The notes under the pieces were generated by a model. The model was given only the letters and a program-made list of their open reading frames with translations. It made no database searches and was not told the DNA's origin. A stretch of DNA of 63,459 bases, filler included, from Octopus bimaculoides (Eukaryota), in NCBI RefSeq assembly GCF_001194135.2. It is 3 parts of 3 records of this genome, joined end to end, with 100 filler letters (N's around TTAATTAATTAA, not from the genome) between each part and the next. Parts side by side here need not be neighbours in the genome. Positions count along the whole stretch, not along the records: positions 34,768 to 63,459 come from NC_069003.1; 2 more parts are not named here. The stretch is one strand, 5' to 3'. Position 1 is the first letter of the stretch. Every line of letters begins with the position of its first letter. The translations under genes were made by a program, and so were the position numbers. Below are positions 39,730-52,496 of the stretch, piece by piece.

Positions 39730-40220
39730 TGTTGTTGTTGTTGTTGTTGTTGTTCTTCTTCTTCTTCTTCTTCTTCTTCTTCTTCTTCTTCTTCTTCTTC
39801 TTCTTCTTCTTCTTCTTTTTCTTCTTCTTCTTCTTCATCTTCTTCCTCTACCTGTTCCTTTTCTTTTTCTTTTCCTCTTTGTTCTACTTTCTCCTCCTCC
39901 TCCTCCTCTTCTTCTTCTTCTCTTTCTTCATACTCCTTCTCTTCTTCTCCTCCTCTTTGTTCTCTTTCTTCCTCCTCCTCCATTTCTTTTCCTCGTATTC
40001 CTTCTCCACTTCTCCTTCTTCTCCTCCTTTTTTTCCTTCCTCTCCTCCTTGTTCTTCTTCCTCCTCCTCTTCTTCTTCCTTTTCCTCTTGCTCCTTCACC
40101 TTACCTTCTTATTCTTCTCTCCTTCTTCTTCTTCTTCTTCTTCTTCTTCTTCTTCTTCTTCTTTCTTCTTCTTTCTTCTCCTCTTCCTTTTCCCCCTCCT
40201 CATCATCCTCTTCTTCTTTG
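39730..40220. repeat. Polypyrimidine (TTC/TCC)n tract
   Basis: Directly visible; source of the poly-E/K/S/F pseudo-ORFs. Confidence 0.95.
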
Positions 40221-40717
40221 CTACATAGTTACTAATGTCTACTTCAATATTTGTGTTTTCAGCCAATAATTTTATGCTTTATTTATTTATCTATTTATCT
40301 ATTTATTTATTTATTTATCTATGTTCCTTCCAAAATGTTTACATTTTTACTGTTATTAAATTGATATTTTCTTGTTTGCCTTCAATGCTGTTTATATTCA
40401 ATTGAATTTATTTTTTCTTTTTTTTCTTTTTGTAGTAAGCATAATCTTTCTTTCGAGACGTAGCCATTTTTTTTTTTTAAAGTTTTAAATTGAATGTAAA
40501 CACAAAAATTAATATTTAAAACGTCTGAAAATCACCAATCTTATTTTACGCATCTCTCTCCACACACCCACCCATCAACATTCGTTCTTGGAGAGGCTTC
40601 CAGATACGTTTTCGGACGATTCTATGAAGAAGGTATTTTAAAAGATTTTTTTGTGTGTTCTTTATCAGTTACGCTTCTTATAACAAATTCTACAGACCGT
40701 ACGTCTTTCCACGTCAG

Positions 40718-40744
<27 letters not shown>

Positions 40745-40765
<21 letters not shown>

Positions 40766-40952
40766 CCTTTCAACTATAGGCACAAGGCTTGGAATTTGGG
40801 GAGGAGGACAAGTCGATTACAGCGACCCCAGTGCTCGACTGGTACTTATTTAATTGACCCTCAAAGGATGAAAAGCAAAGTGGACCTCGACGGAATTTGA
40901 ACTTAGAACGTATTTAGCATTTTGTGCAAGGAACTAACGATTAGGTCAGCTC

Positions 40953-40987
<35 letters not shown>

Positions 40988-41192
40988 CATTTCTACTAAT
41001 GGCACAAGGCCTGAAGTTTGAGGGAGCTAGGGATACATCGACTCAAGTATGCAACTGGTACTTATTTCATCGATCCCGAAAGTATGAACGGCAAAGTCAA
41101 CCTTAGCAGAATTTGAACTCAGAACGTAAAGACGGACGAAATGCCTCTAAGCACTTTCCTCGGCGCGCTAGCGATTCTGCCAGCGCGCCTCC

Positions 41193-41195
<3 letters not shown>
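40745..41195 (-). mobile_element. Two tandem family C SINEs separated and flanked by (AAT)n tracts
   Basis: Copies at ~40745-40950 and ~40985-41195, each bracketed by (AAT)n. Confidence 0.85.
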
Positions 41196-41244
<49 letters not shown>

Positions 41245-41248
41245 CAAC

Positions 41249-41302
<54 letters not shown>

Positions 41303-42040
41303 AGTAATAATAACGGTTCCTAACGTAGGCATAAAACCAGCAATTGTGACCCGAGATAATATGTGAATACTGTAGTTCCCTGTACAGTGAATTGAAGAAT
41401 TTAAACAGAAAAAATTTCTATTAAAAGTATTTTATTAAAAGTATTCGAAGACATCACTCCTCAAATAATAGACATAAGATATATCTAACCAGCACGTGGG
41501 GCTGACTGTACCTGATGCAATTAGAAAACTACTAAAAAGTGACAACCGTAAGACTAGGAAAATACATAGGAGCAAACAATAATATACTGATTAGTGTAAT
41601 TAGGGAAAATGTGACAACGATTCACCTTTTGTTTATAAATAAGGAATCAATAAGATATAAACTAGAAATTAATTACACTGAAAAAAAGGATTTGGATAAA
41701 GTTGAATAACAGATAACAGATAAGCACAGGAGCGGCTGTAGGGTAAGTAGCTTGCTTACCAGCCACATGGTTCCGGGTTCAGTCCCACTGCGTGGCATCT
41801 TGGGTAAGTGTCTTCTACTGTAGCCTCAGGCCGACCAAAGCCTTGTGAGTGGATTTGGTAGACGGAAACTGAAAGAAGCCCGTCGTATATATGTATATAC
41901 ATGTGTGTGTATGTTTGTGTATCTGTGTTTGTCTCCCTAGCATTGCTTGACAACCGATGCTGGTGTGTTTATGTTCCCGTAACTTAGCGGTTCGGCAAAA
42001 GATACCGATAGAATAAGTTCTAGGCATGCATACTATTATA

Positions 42041-42124
<84 letters not shown>

Positions 42125-42127
42125 TAA

Positions 42128-42166
<39 letters not shown>

Positions 42167-43243
42167 TGTATGTATGTATGTATGTATGTATGTGTGTAGC
42201 TATGTATGTATACATATGCATATATGCATACGTACATGCATGACTATAATAGACAGAAAAGAGATGAGCGGAAAAAACTCAACTGGAATCCGAATAGGGG
42301 CAATTAACGATCTAAAGGGATCAGTTTTGATTATAGGGCACAGCATACTGGCAGGCAATTCTTGACCCCTTAATCTCACCCCACTACACCTTCACCGTAC
42401 TCTCACCACATCCACAACTCTCCGACCCTAACCTGAATATTGCTGTCACCAACAGACCATACCACATCATAACACCAGAGAGTGTCTCCCTACAGCTTCC
42501 TAATACTACATCACAAAACCAACCCCTTTTTTCTCCTTTTTCTCCCTTTATTCTGTGGTATTCATGGAAGTCACCTATACCCTCCACAACTCATGCTCGA
42601 ACCAATATCACTCGTAAAGGAATACACGAGTGGTGATGAGAAGAGGAATAAACTACCTCAGCTTCCCCCTCACTTTATAACTCTATTCCTCCCGCTCCTC
42701 TCTTTCCACTATTCCTCTTACTTCAGCACCTCTACTTTCACTTTCACTTTCACTTCTCATTCTTCCCCTCTCACACATCGTCATACTAATGATATGTTTG
42801 TTTGATTTTTATTGCCTCTTCTGGCCAGTTTACCGTGTCACCCACCCATCCGACCCCTACACTCACATAAACATCCTCACTTCTTCACCTCTTCCCTCTT
42901 CTTCATTACAACCACCTCGTTTCTTCATTCTTTCTTCACTTCTATTCTTCCTTATCTACGCCTTTTATTATTTTTCATTTTTTCGCCATTGCACAAATAT
43001 ATGCAATCAAGCTGTCAACTGCAACGCATGAGTGCACCACCAGTAAAAATTGCAGCGTCAGCAACACCAGTGCCCAGTACCCATCATCGCGGCGATGAGC
43101 TCATTAAGAGGAGAAACCCCTATGTGGTTGCTTGAAATGCTAAAAATGATACTGAAATACTGAAACAGCGCATTAAACCAGATGGCCCATACACATATAT
43201 ACATATGGGGATCACCTTCTATATATGTGTATGTGTGAGTATG

Positions 43244-43276
<33 letters not shown>

Positions 43277-43489
43277 ATATATATATATATATATATGATC
43301 TTGAAAATTTTCAGTTATCGTCCATTCCTGTGTTACTAGAGCCATGTGTGATAGTGCAGAGTCTTACTAAAACACATATGGCCTTCCATTGCCTACACTG
43401 TCTATCCAGGGCTTAACAATTATTTCCAAGACATAAGAAAATCGTGTGTTTTTCTTTTTAATTTGAGATTACATAGAAATTATTTTGCG

Positions 43490-44130
43490 TAGGATATGGA
43501 CAGTTCCCATGAGCACTATCTTTTGAATTTCTGCCATTATGGGGTTTCCTGGTATCTGAGCTAGGTAGCAATTAGCTCCTTTTGCTATCATTCCTTGAGG
43601 TTCCACATTTTGCCAATTTCTATTTCAAGATTTTTATACTTGCTCAGTTCTTGGAAGGTCTTGACTGATACGTTTAGATCGATTGGGACAGTCATATCAA
43701 TGAGGAGGCATGATTTTTGTCTGCAGTCTTTCAATATAATGTCTGGCCTATTCGCATCTATCTTTCTATCAGTTTGAATGGTGAAGTTCCAGAGGAGTGA
43801 GATGTGATCATTTTCAAGCACTGGAGGTGGTTTGTGTTCCCACCAGCTTTTTCCATAGGGCAAGTCCAGGTTTTTGCAAATTACCTAGTGAATATATTGT
43901 GCAGCTCTATCATGCCTGTTGAGATACTCTGTAGGAGCAAGAAGACTGCACATGGAGACAACATGATCAAAGGTTTCATTTTGTTGTTGACATATGCAAC
44001 ATGTTGGGAAACTGCCGTTCTTTAATATGTTGGCCTGGTAGTTCCTTGTTGGTAGGCATTGATCTTGGACTGCGATGATAAACCCTTCTGTTTCTGATTT
44101 TAAGCATCATTAGCTCTCTCTGGGTATTAT
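43490..44130 (-). mobile_element. Second R4/Dong-clade LINE 3' fragment
   Basis: SWWEHKPPPVLENDHISLLWNFTIQTDRKIDANRPDIILKDCRQKSCLLIDMTVPIDLNVSVKTFQELSKYKNLEIEI..IQKIVLMGTVHILRK (RLE PD..D motif). Confidence 0.88.
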
Positions 44131-45039
44131 TATCATTTTAATCGTTTAGTCTTGGCTCCTCAACTTCGAGTCGAAGGAATAAATGCAGTCTGAACATTTG
44201 TTCGTTGTTCTTTTTCTTCTTCTTCGTCTTCTTGGTTTTGTTTGTAAACACTTTCTCTTTTCTTTCTTTCTTTTTTTTTCGTTTGACGTGTTTTTTTGGT
44301 TTTGTTTCTTTTTTTGTTTTTGTTTTTTGTTTTTTGCAGTATAGGTGGGAGGACCTTTACACGAAGTCCCGAAGGTTCGTGTAACAAGCCACAAAAGACA
44401 TAAATAAAGGAGCAATAAAAAGGAACCCCCACCACCCAACTACATCCTGTGTCACCAGTAGGGGGTAACAAAAGGGACAGCTCTTAAACACAGCTTGAGA
44501 CCCTTCTCTGGATTTTCAATTGCTGATAACCTCATTAACTTTCTTTTGCTCTCTATCACTCTCTTCTTCTCTCCCCTCTCATTCTCTCTTTCTTTCTCTC
44601 CATGTATACACACGCACACACATATGCATGTGTGTGTGTGTGTGTGTGTGTGCGTGCGTGTGTAACTTTATCTTTATTTTTCAAGAGCTCACAGACATAG
44701 ATACATACATACATGCACGCAAACACACATACACACATATATACAATTGTAAAAATCTGTAAAACTTTCCAGAAGTTTATCATTTAAATATATATGAGCA
44801 TATCGAGATATGCAACTATATGCATGAAAATACATACATAAAGCAAAACATACAAACCTGCGCATATACATATATACATACAAAAAGCTGTTAACTCTTT
44901 ATTAATTGATTTATGACGAAAATGAATTTCATGTCATTGATTACCATACAAAACTACACCAAACGACCCAATATGAAATTAATTGGAACAAACATTCAAG
45001 AAAGTGAAAAAGTAACAGCCAAACAGAAAAGACTTATTT

Positions 45040-45275
45040 GATCAAGATATTTATTTCTTTATTGCCCACAGGGGGCTAAACATAGAGGAGACAAACAAGT
45101 ACAGACAAAGGGATTAAGTCGATTATATCGACCCCAGTGTGTAACTGGTACTTATTTAATCGACCCAAAAAGGATGAAAGGCTAAGTCAACCTCGGCGGA
45201 ATTTGAACTCAGAACGTAACGGCAGACGCCAAACATTTCGCCCGGCGTGCTAACATTTCTGCCAACTCTCCGCAC
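45040..45275 (-). mobile_element. Family C SINE variant
   Basis: Same head and body as 35510-35730 in reverse orientation, with a different 3' tail. Confidence 0.8.
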
Positions 45276-46534
45276 TTTTGATTTAGATATTATAATTATC
45301 TCTGCTTCCAAATGTTGTATCGTAATTACCAAATATCAATTAAGGTCAGCACCACTTCGGATCATTAAAATAACGTACTATTTAAATACTAGGGTCAAAG
45401 TAATTGATTATCCGCCTCCTGCCAAAATTGCTGGCCTTGTGCCAAAATTTGAAACATTAATATTTTCATTATTATTTCATTATTTATAGGCGTAGGAGTG
45501 GCTGTGTGATAGGTAGCTTGCTTACCAACCACGTGGTTCCGGTTTCAGTCCCGCTGCGTGGCACCTTGGGCAAGTGTCTTCTACTATAGCCTCCAGGCCG
45601 ACCAAAGCCTTGTGAGTGACGGCGACACCGACGGTTATGGCAGCAATGACAATGCCAAAGGCAGCGGCGGCGGCGGCGGCGGTAGCGGCGGCGTTGGAAG
45701 TTGCGATGATGGTGGCGATTGCTGTAGCGGCTGTTCACAAGGGTAAAAAAGTAAATACTGTTTCCACTGACGATCTCAAGGGCTAGAAACCAAGTGGTTT
45801 GTGAATGTGGGGAAAGTANNNNNNNNNNNNNNNNNNNNNNNNNNNNNNNNNNNNNNNNNNNNNNNNNNNNNNNNNNNNNNNNNNNNNNNNNNNNNNNNNN
45901 NNNNNNNNNNNNNNNNNNNNNNNNNNNNNNNNNNNNNNNNNNNNNNNNNNNNNNNNNNNNNNNNNNNNNNNNNNNNNNNNNNNNNNNNNNNNNNNNNNNN
46001 NNNNNNNNNNNNNNNNNNNNNNNNNNNNNNNNNNNNNNNNNNNNNNNNNNNNNNNNNNNNNNNNNNNNNNNNNNNNNNNNNNNNNNNNNNNNNNNNNNNN
46101 NNNNNNNNNNNNNNNNNNNNNNNNNNNNNNNNNNNNNNNNNNNNNNNNNNNNNNNNNNNNNNNNNNNNNNNNNNNNNNNNNNNNNNNNNNNNNNNNNNNN
46201 NNNNNNNNNNNNNNNNNNNNNNNNNNNNNNNNNNNNNNNNNNNNNNNNNNNNNNNNNNNNNNNNNNNNNNNNNNNNNNNNNNNNNNNNNNNNNNNNNNNN
46301 NNNNNNNNNNNNNNNNNNNNNNNNNNNNNNNNNNNNNNNNNNNNNNNNNNNNNNNNNNNNNNNNNNNNNNNNNNNNNNNNNNNNNNNNNNNNNNNNNNNN
46401 NNNNNNNNNNNNNNNNNNNNNNNNNNNNNNNNNNNNNNNNNNNNNNNNNNNNNNNNNNNNNNNNNNNNNNNNNNNNNNNNNNNNNNNNNNNNNNNNNNNN
46501 NNNNNNNNNNNNNNNNNNNNNNNNNNNNNNNNNN

Positions 46535-46565
<31 letters not shown>

Positions 46566-46608
46566 AAGTACATATATACATAAGCATTTACATTTATAAA
46601 GTGGGCGA

Positions 46609-46667
<59 letters not shown>

Positions 46668-47321
46668 GCGCTATTAGTGGATATAGAGTTCTAAAGAGCG
46701 GTCCCTTGCTTAGCAACGGACAGAGACAATAGTACTTAGCAACCCACGAATGTGAACTTAGTGAAAGAAATACTCTGTAGCCACCCGGATTGAAGCTAAG
46801 TAAACACTGTGACACTAACCGTGCGTACCCCCATTCAGGGTGTTTGTTCAGTGTTTTGGCGGTGAACGACGGAGAATGGACGGTCAGCGCTGTTGTTGCT
46901 GTTGTTCTTGTGCTGCTGCTGCTGCTGTTGTTGTTGTTATTGGTGGTGGTAGTGGTGGTGGTGGTGGTGGTGCTCTTGTTATTGTTGCTGGTGTTGTTGC
47001 TGTTGTTTTTGTTGTTGTTATTGTAATTGTTATCACCGTTGAACTCTAGATCAGACCCTGATCTAACCATCCCCGAGACAAAAGACGTTCTAGCCGTGAC
47101 CATCCGCTCAACTCTCATATATATTTTTTTTCTGAAAATACTTTTACTATTGTTGTTGTTGTTGTTGTTCTTATCGTTGTCTAACTTCAGGTCAGACGCT
47201 GATCCGGGCAGCCCTGTGATACAAAGGCGTCCCAGCCGTGACAATCCAGTCAACTCTGATGTATTTTTCTTGGTGTATCGTTGCTGTTGCTGTTGTTGTC
47301 GTTATTTAACACAAAGGTAAA

Positions 47322-47480
47322 GACGCGTAGCTCAGTGGTTAGCGTATTCGACTCACGATCGTAAGGTCGCGAGTTCGATTCCCGAAGACGCGTTGTGTCC
47401 TTGAGCAAGACACTTTATTTCACGTTGCTCCAGTTTACTCAGCTGGCAAAAATGTGTCGTACCTGTATTTCAAAGGGGCC
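47322..47480 (+). mobile_element. tRNA-head SINE with V/Meta-like central domain (gcgttgtgtccttgagcaagacactt)
   Basis: tRNA-like head followed directly by the SINE body. Same head at 59050-59200. Confidence 0.75.
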
Positions 47481-47755
47481 GTGTGCATGGCGTTTTTTCG
47501 CGTCCGTGTTTGTTCCCGATACCACTTGACAACCGGTGTTGACGTGTTTACGTCCCTGTAAACTAGCCGTTCGGCAAAAGAGGCAGATATAATAAGTGCC
47601 AGGCTTTAAAATATGTATTGGACTTGATTCTCTCTTTACAGGAAATCATTGGCAGTTTTGTTAACCTACAAATACAGAATATTTATCCACCAATACAGCA
47701 TTGAGCACCGATTCTCGCTGTTCGATATTAGCATATATTTATATACACACACATA

Positions 47756-47972
47756 CGGGGGAGTGTTGAAAAGTTCTTGACTTTAGTGGTATTGCGAAAG
47801 GCCGGGCTGGAGGCCCAAACATCCTAGGTCTTTTACAGGGTTTAGAAAAACTGAAGGTCCACTGCAATAAGTGTATGAATCTGTGAGGGGGAATATCTTT
47901 AATAAAATAGTAATCAACTGATCCTCCTGTATTTTCTTTTACTCAAAGCCAGGAATTTTTCAGCACTCCTTC
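47756..47972. mobile_element. Mariner-derived MITE
   Basis: ~27-bp imperfect TIRs (ggggagtgttgaaaagttcttgacttt / aaagccaggaatttttcagcactcc), TA at left, and an internal GLEKLK..NKCMNL.GEY mariner C-terminus relic. Confidence 0.7.
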
Positions 47973-47997
47973 CTGCATGAATATATGTATATGTATG

Positions 47998-48086
<89 letters not shown>

Positions 48087-48088
<2 letters not shown>

Positions 48089-48123
48089 TTTCTGTTGAAG
48101 AGCGTATCTCGAAACGTTAAAGA
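48087..48123 (+). ncRNA. Degenerate minimal type-I hammerhead ribozyme motif (Penelope/retrozyme-type)
   Basis: tcttt-CTGTTGA-A-gag(cgtat)ctc-GAAA-CG-TT-aaaga: stem I 5 bp, stem II 3 bp, palindromic ACGU stem III. Core A6 is changed to U and there is one extra A. Confidence 0.55.
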
Positions 48124-48347
48124 TTTTCTGTATTCCAGAGCGTCAAACTAATACATCCTTTTGTTGTTTACACCACCTGTCCTCGTCTGTTGTTGTTGTT
48201 TTTTTTCGTACATTCTCCCATATATATATATATGTGTGTATGTATGTATAATTTTTTTTTAAATAAAGAAAAAAGAGAGAAAAAACAACAACATGAGGAC
48301 GTAGTACATGCAAGGTATTAATGAGATGCTCAGAGAAAGAAAGAGTG

Positions 48348-48386
48348 GTTGTTTTACGTTTCGAGCTAAGCTCTTTTCGGAAACAA
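48348..48386 (-). ncRNA. Degenerate minimal type-I hammerhead ribozyme motif
   Basis: Minus strand reads ttgttt-CCGAAAA-gagc(tta)gctc-GAAA-CG-TA-aaacaa: perfect 6-bp stem I and 4-bp stem II, GUA cleavage triplet. Two core substitutions relative to CUGAAGA. Confidence 0.6.
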
Positions 48387-48869
48387 GAGACATAAGAAAG
48401 GCCAAAAAAATAAAACCTAAGAAAGAGGGGGGAAAACCCAACAGTTCACGTCTAGTTACATCTTGGGAATAAGTAAATATATAAGATAGGCTTCTACACA
48501 GTTTCCGGCTATCAAATTTACTCACAATGCGTTGGTCGATCCGCGGCTATAGTAGAAGACACTTGCCCAAGATGCGGTGCAGTGGGACTGAACCCAGAAC
48601 CATGTGGTTGCAAAGTGAGTTGCTTAACCACACAGCTATGCCCACGCCTTATGACAAATTCTAAACAATATCCAAAGAACAGGCAATGGCAGAAATGATT
48701 GAAGACCAGATTATAGCAACAAAAATATCGAAAATATTCTAGAAAATTTTTGAAAATGACAGACGCCAACGTCAAATAAAGAACGGGCGACGGGAAAACA
48801 AGACGGCTCTTACAAGAAATAAACATACAAAAAGTTGCATATTAAAATAATAGCGATGAGAACAATTCT

Positions 48870-49155
48870 TTCTAATTTTGGCACAAGGGCATTAATTTTG
48901 AAGGGAGGGGCAACTTGATTACATCGGCACCCCGGTATTTGACTGCTATTATTTCATCCTTTCGGAGTCGATAAAATAAGAACCACTTGATCACTGGGAT
49001 CGATGTATTCGACTAGTACCCTCCCCCCAAATTTCAGGCCATGTGCCTAGTGTGGGAAAGATTATTATTATTATTATTATTATTATTATCATTATTATTA
49101 TTATTATTATTATCCCCACCCCCAAAATTGCTGGCCTTCTTCTAAAATTTTGAAA

Positions 49156-49242
<87 letters not shown>

Positions 49243-49455
49243 GGCGGCGAGCTGGCAGAATCGTTAGCACGCCGGGCGAAATGATTGGCAGTATTTCATC
49301 CGTCTTAACGTTCTGGGTTCAAATTCCGCCGAGATCGGCTTTGCCTTTCATCCTTTCGGGGGCCGATAAATTAAGTACCAGTTGTGTACAGGGGTCGATA
49401 TAAACGACAAGCCCCCACCACACAAATCTGAGGCCTTGTGCCTCCAGTATAAAGG
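48870..49455 (+). mobile_element. Cluster of family C SINE copies and fragments separated by (ATT)n
   Basis: Partial copies at ~48870-49050 and ~49110-49160, full copy at ~49240-49455, all joined by (ATT)n tracts. Confidence 0.8.
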
Positions 49456-49501
49456 ATTGTTATTATTATTATTATTATTATTACTATTATTATTATTATC
49501 A

Positions 49502-49545
<44 letters not shown>

Positions 49546-50579
49546 AAGAAGAAGAAGAAGAAGAAGAAGAAGAAGGAAGCACTTTTAAACAATAATGTTA
49601 AACAACAAAAGGACGGTGATGGACAACAGAAGCAAAAAAATAAAGAACTACAACAAAAACAACAACGGCAATAGCAGCAGCAGCAGCAGCAGCAGCAGCG
49701 AGGACAATGGTGTTTGAGACGAGAAGACAAAATTTGGAAAGATCTAGAAGATTAGAAGACATAGAGGACATGTCATATACGATAGCAAGGTTAATGGACA
49801 ACAAACAAGAGGAGAGGCGAAAAAAGAAACCAAAAACAAAATGGCGGAACGAAAATGGTTGTTGATATGTTGATATATATATATATATGTGTGTGTGTTT
49901 ATATGTGTGTGTGCGTGTGTATGTATATTAACTAAAGGAAAATAATGATAGCTCAAGGTAAAGAGAGAACGGAACAGAAGCATACATAATCATAACGCAA
50001 ATATATATATATATACACACACACATATTCATATATACACATATACATATATGCATAGACAGAAAGACAGACAGTCGGACGGACAGACACATAGATAGAT
50101 AGATAGATTGAGTAATAGATAAATAGAGATATATACATACATATTTGTGTGTGTGTGTGTGTGTGTGTCTACCTTAGTATATGTGTATATATGTGTGTGT
50201 ATATAAGTATGAGTGTATATATAAGTATGTGTATATATATATATATATATAGATATAGATAGATAGATATATATATATACACGTGTGTGTGTGTGTGTAT
50301 GCCCGTATGTATGTATGAGTATATATAGATATAGATAGATATATATATATATATACACGTGTGTGTGTGTGTGTATGCCCGTATGTATGTATGAGTATGT
50401 ATGTGTGTGAGTAGGTTTTGTGCTGAGGTGTTCATAAGGTCAGGTCGCGTCTGAAAATTGGAATTATGTTGCCATTTTCTTGCTGTCTTCTCTTCACCAA
50501 TGATTCCTGTTTGATAGATGGAATATTGAGCGCTATCTCTAAACTGTTGACCTATCTCTACATCCCTGCTCTGTGTGTC

Positions 50580-50637
<58 letters not shown>

Positions 50638-50946
50638 TGCATATACATCTATAGATATATATACATACACGCATACGTACGTATATATATANNNNNNNNN
50701 NNNNNNNNNNNNNNNNNNNNNNNNNNNNNNNNNNNNNNNNNNNNNNNNNNNNNNNNNNNNNNNNNNNNNNNNNNNNNNNNNNNNNNNNNNNNNNNNNNNN
50801 NNNNNNNNNNNNNNNNNNNNNNNNNNNNNNNNNNNNNNNNNNNNNNNNNNNNNNNNNNNNNNNNNNNNNNNNNNNNNNNNNNNNNNNNNNNNNNNNNNNN
50901 NNNNNNNNNNNNNNNNNNNNNNNNNNNNNNNNNNNNNNNNNNNNNN

Positions 50947-50988
<42 letters not shown>

Positions 50989-51419
50989 GTGTTAACATGG
51001 AACCCAATTCAGTCAGTAGGGGACTATTTATCCTGTCGAACAATAAATGCTATTCTTTAAAACTATTGCCTTTAATAATACAAGTCAGGTTAAACAAGAA
51101 AACAAAATTCGGTTATCTTCTTCAAATAAACGCCGAGAAGCACCTATTTAAGAAAAGATCGTAGCATAATCAAGCTGCGAAATTAAGCAGATAAATAACC
51201 CGTGGACAATTACAATATATGCCATCGTGGGACAGAAAATGGGGGTCAGATATTGCAGGTCGTGGAACTATCAAGAGAAATTCCAGTGGTCTTTTGATAT
51301 CAATCAAAACCTTTATCATTTCTACAAAATGGCTAACCAAGATCTGTCGACGGGTTACATGAAGTGAGTGAACGGCTGCCCGGATGTAAAATGTTTGTAA
51401 TTCATCAACACAGGTATTC

Positions 51420-52496
51420 TTAACCGTTTAACATTTAAACCAGTGTTTCTCAAACCAGGGTCCATGTTGTCCCTGATGGTTCATATAACATTTTTGGGGG
51501 TTCACTGAATAGTAATTTGGGAATCCACAATAATATTTCAAGGGCCTCTGAAAAAAAAATTGCTTTAGGTCTTTAGACGTATGTATTGATATGTATTGTA
51601 AGAAACAACTAGGTTTCATTCTCTAACATTTTACATAGTTCAACCAACACAAGTTAATGTGAGGAGAACGGAATAGGAATTTTGAAAGAAGTTTCTATAA
51701 AACTAGTTTTTAGAAATCGAATGGCTATGGGAGTCCACCAGAATAGAATAGTAACCAAAGGGGATCCGCACAAGCAAAATAGTAAATTTAGGGTCCACAA
51801 TATTATTCTAAGGGCCCCTGAAAAGATTAAGAAGTTTGTAATTGGTATGTATTACAAGAAACAGCTGGGTTTCTTTCTCTAACATTTTACATCGTTCAAC
51901 CTACACAAGTGAACGTGTGGAAAACAAAATAGGAATTTTGAAAGTATCTGTAAAACTAGTTTTTAAACATCGAATGGCTATGGGAATCCACCAGAATAAA
52001 ACAATTATCAAAGGGGAGTCACACAAGCAAAATAGTAAATTGAAAACCCACAACAGTATTTTAAGCAATCAAAGGGGTCCGTAGATTTTTTTAAATGGTT
52101 GAAAACCCCTGGTTTAAACTGACTATGTTCATACGAACCGCGTCCAGCCTCTCACGCCTATTCTGTGATGTCACCCTAAAAGAATATACAATCACATCAT
52201 TGAAATTTTCAAAGCTGTGATTAATTCAAAATAATGTGAATAAGCATCGCATTTGGAACAACAACATGAATACGAACGGTTTGACAGTTTGCATTGAAAC
52301 CAGCCATAAATATTCTTCCTGTTTTATGTTCAAACCGGCCAGATCATGCTTCTCACACCTGTCCTGTCATGTCATTATAAAAATAAAGTCATATCATTGA
52401 TCTCAAAACAATGAGATAATGCATGATTCATTCAAGACAATGTGATTAAGAATAAGCATGACATTTGACAGAGAAACATGAATGGTAAAGAGTTAA
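51420..52496. mobile_element. piggyBac-like non-autonomous element (TTAA ends) carrying a nested hAT MITE
   Basis: TTAAccgttta.. at 51420 and ..taaagagTTAA at 52496. Confidence 0.5.
51441..52111. mobile_element. hAT (Charlie-like) MITE with internal ~260-bp tandem duplication
   Basis: TIRs CAGTGTTTCTCAAACC / GGTTGAAAACCCCTG and 8-bp TSD atttaaac / gtttaaac. Internal units at ~51542-51810 and ~51811-52065. Confidence 0.8.

Noticed and set aside
40690-41300. Regularly spaced repeats superficially like a CRISPR array
   Set aside because: These are SINE copies alternating with (AAT)n in a eukaryotic genome; no fixed repeat/unique spacer structure and no cas genes.
47322-47395. tRNA-like sequence with CAC in the anticodon loop
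   Set aside because: T-stem and anticodon stem are broken and it continues directly into a SINE body, so it is a SINE head rather than a tRNA gene.
50246-50397. ~76-bp tandem duplication of a compound microsatellite
   Set aside because: Ordinary slippage or unequal-crossover product.
51189-51363. Open frame ending at AA|gtgagt (..GVRYCRSWNYQEKF..)
   Set aside because: Poor acceptor with no pyrimidine tract and no recognisable protein motif.
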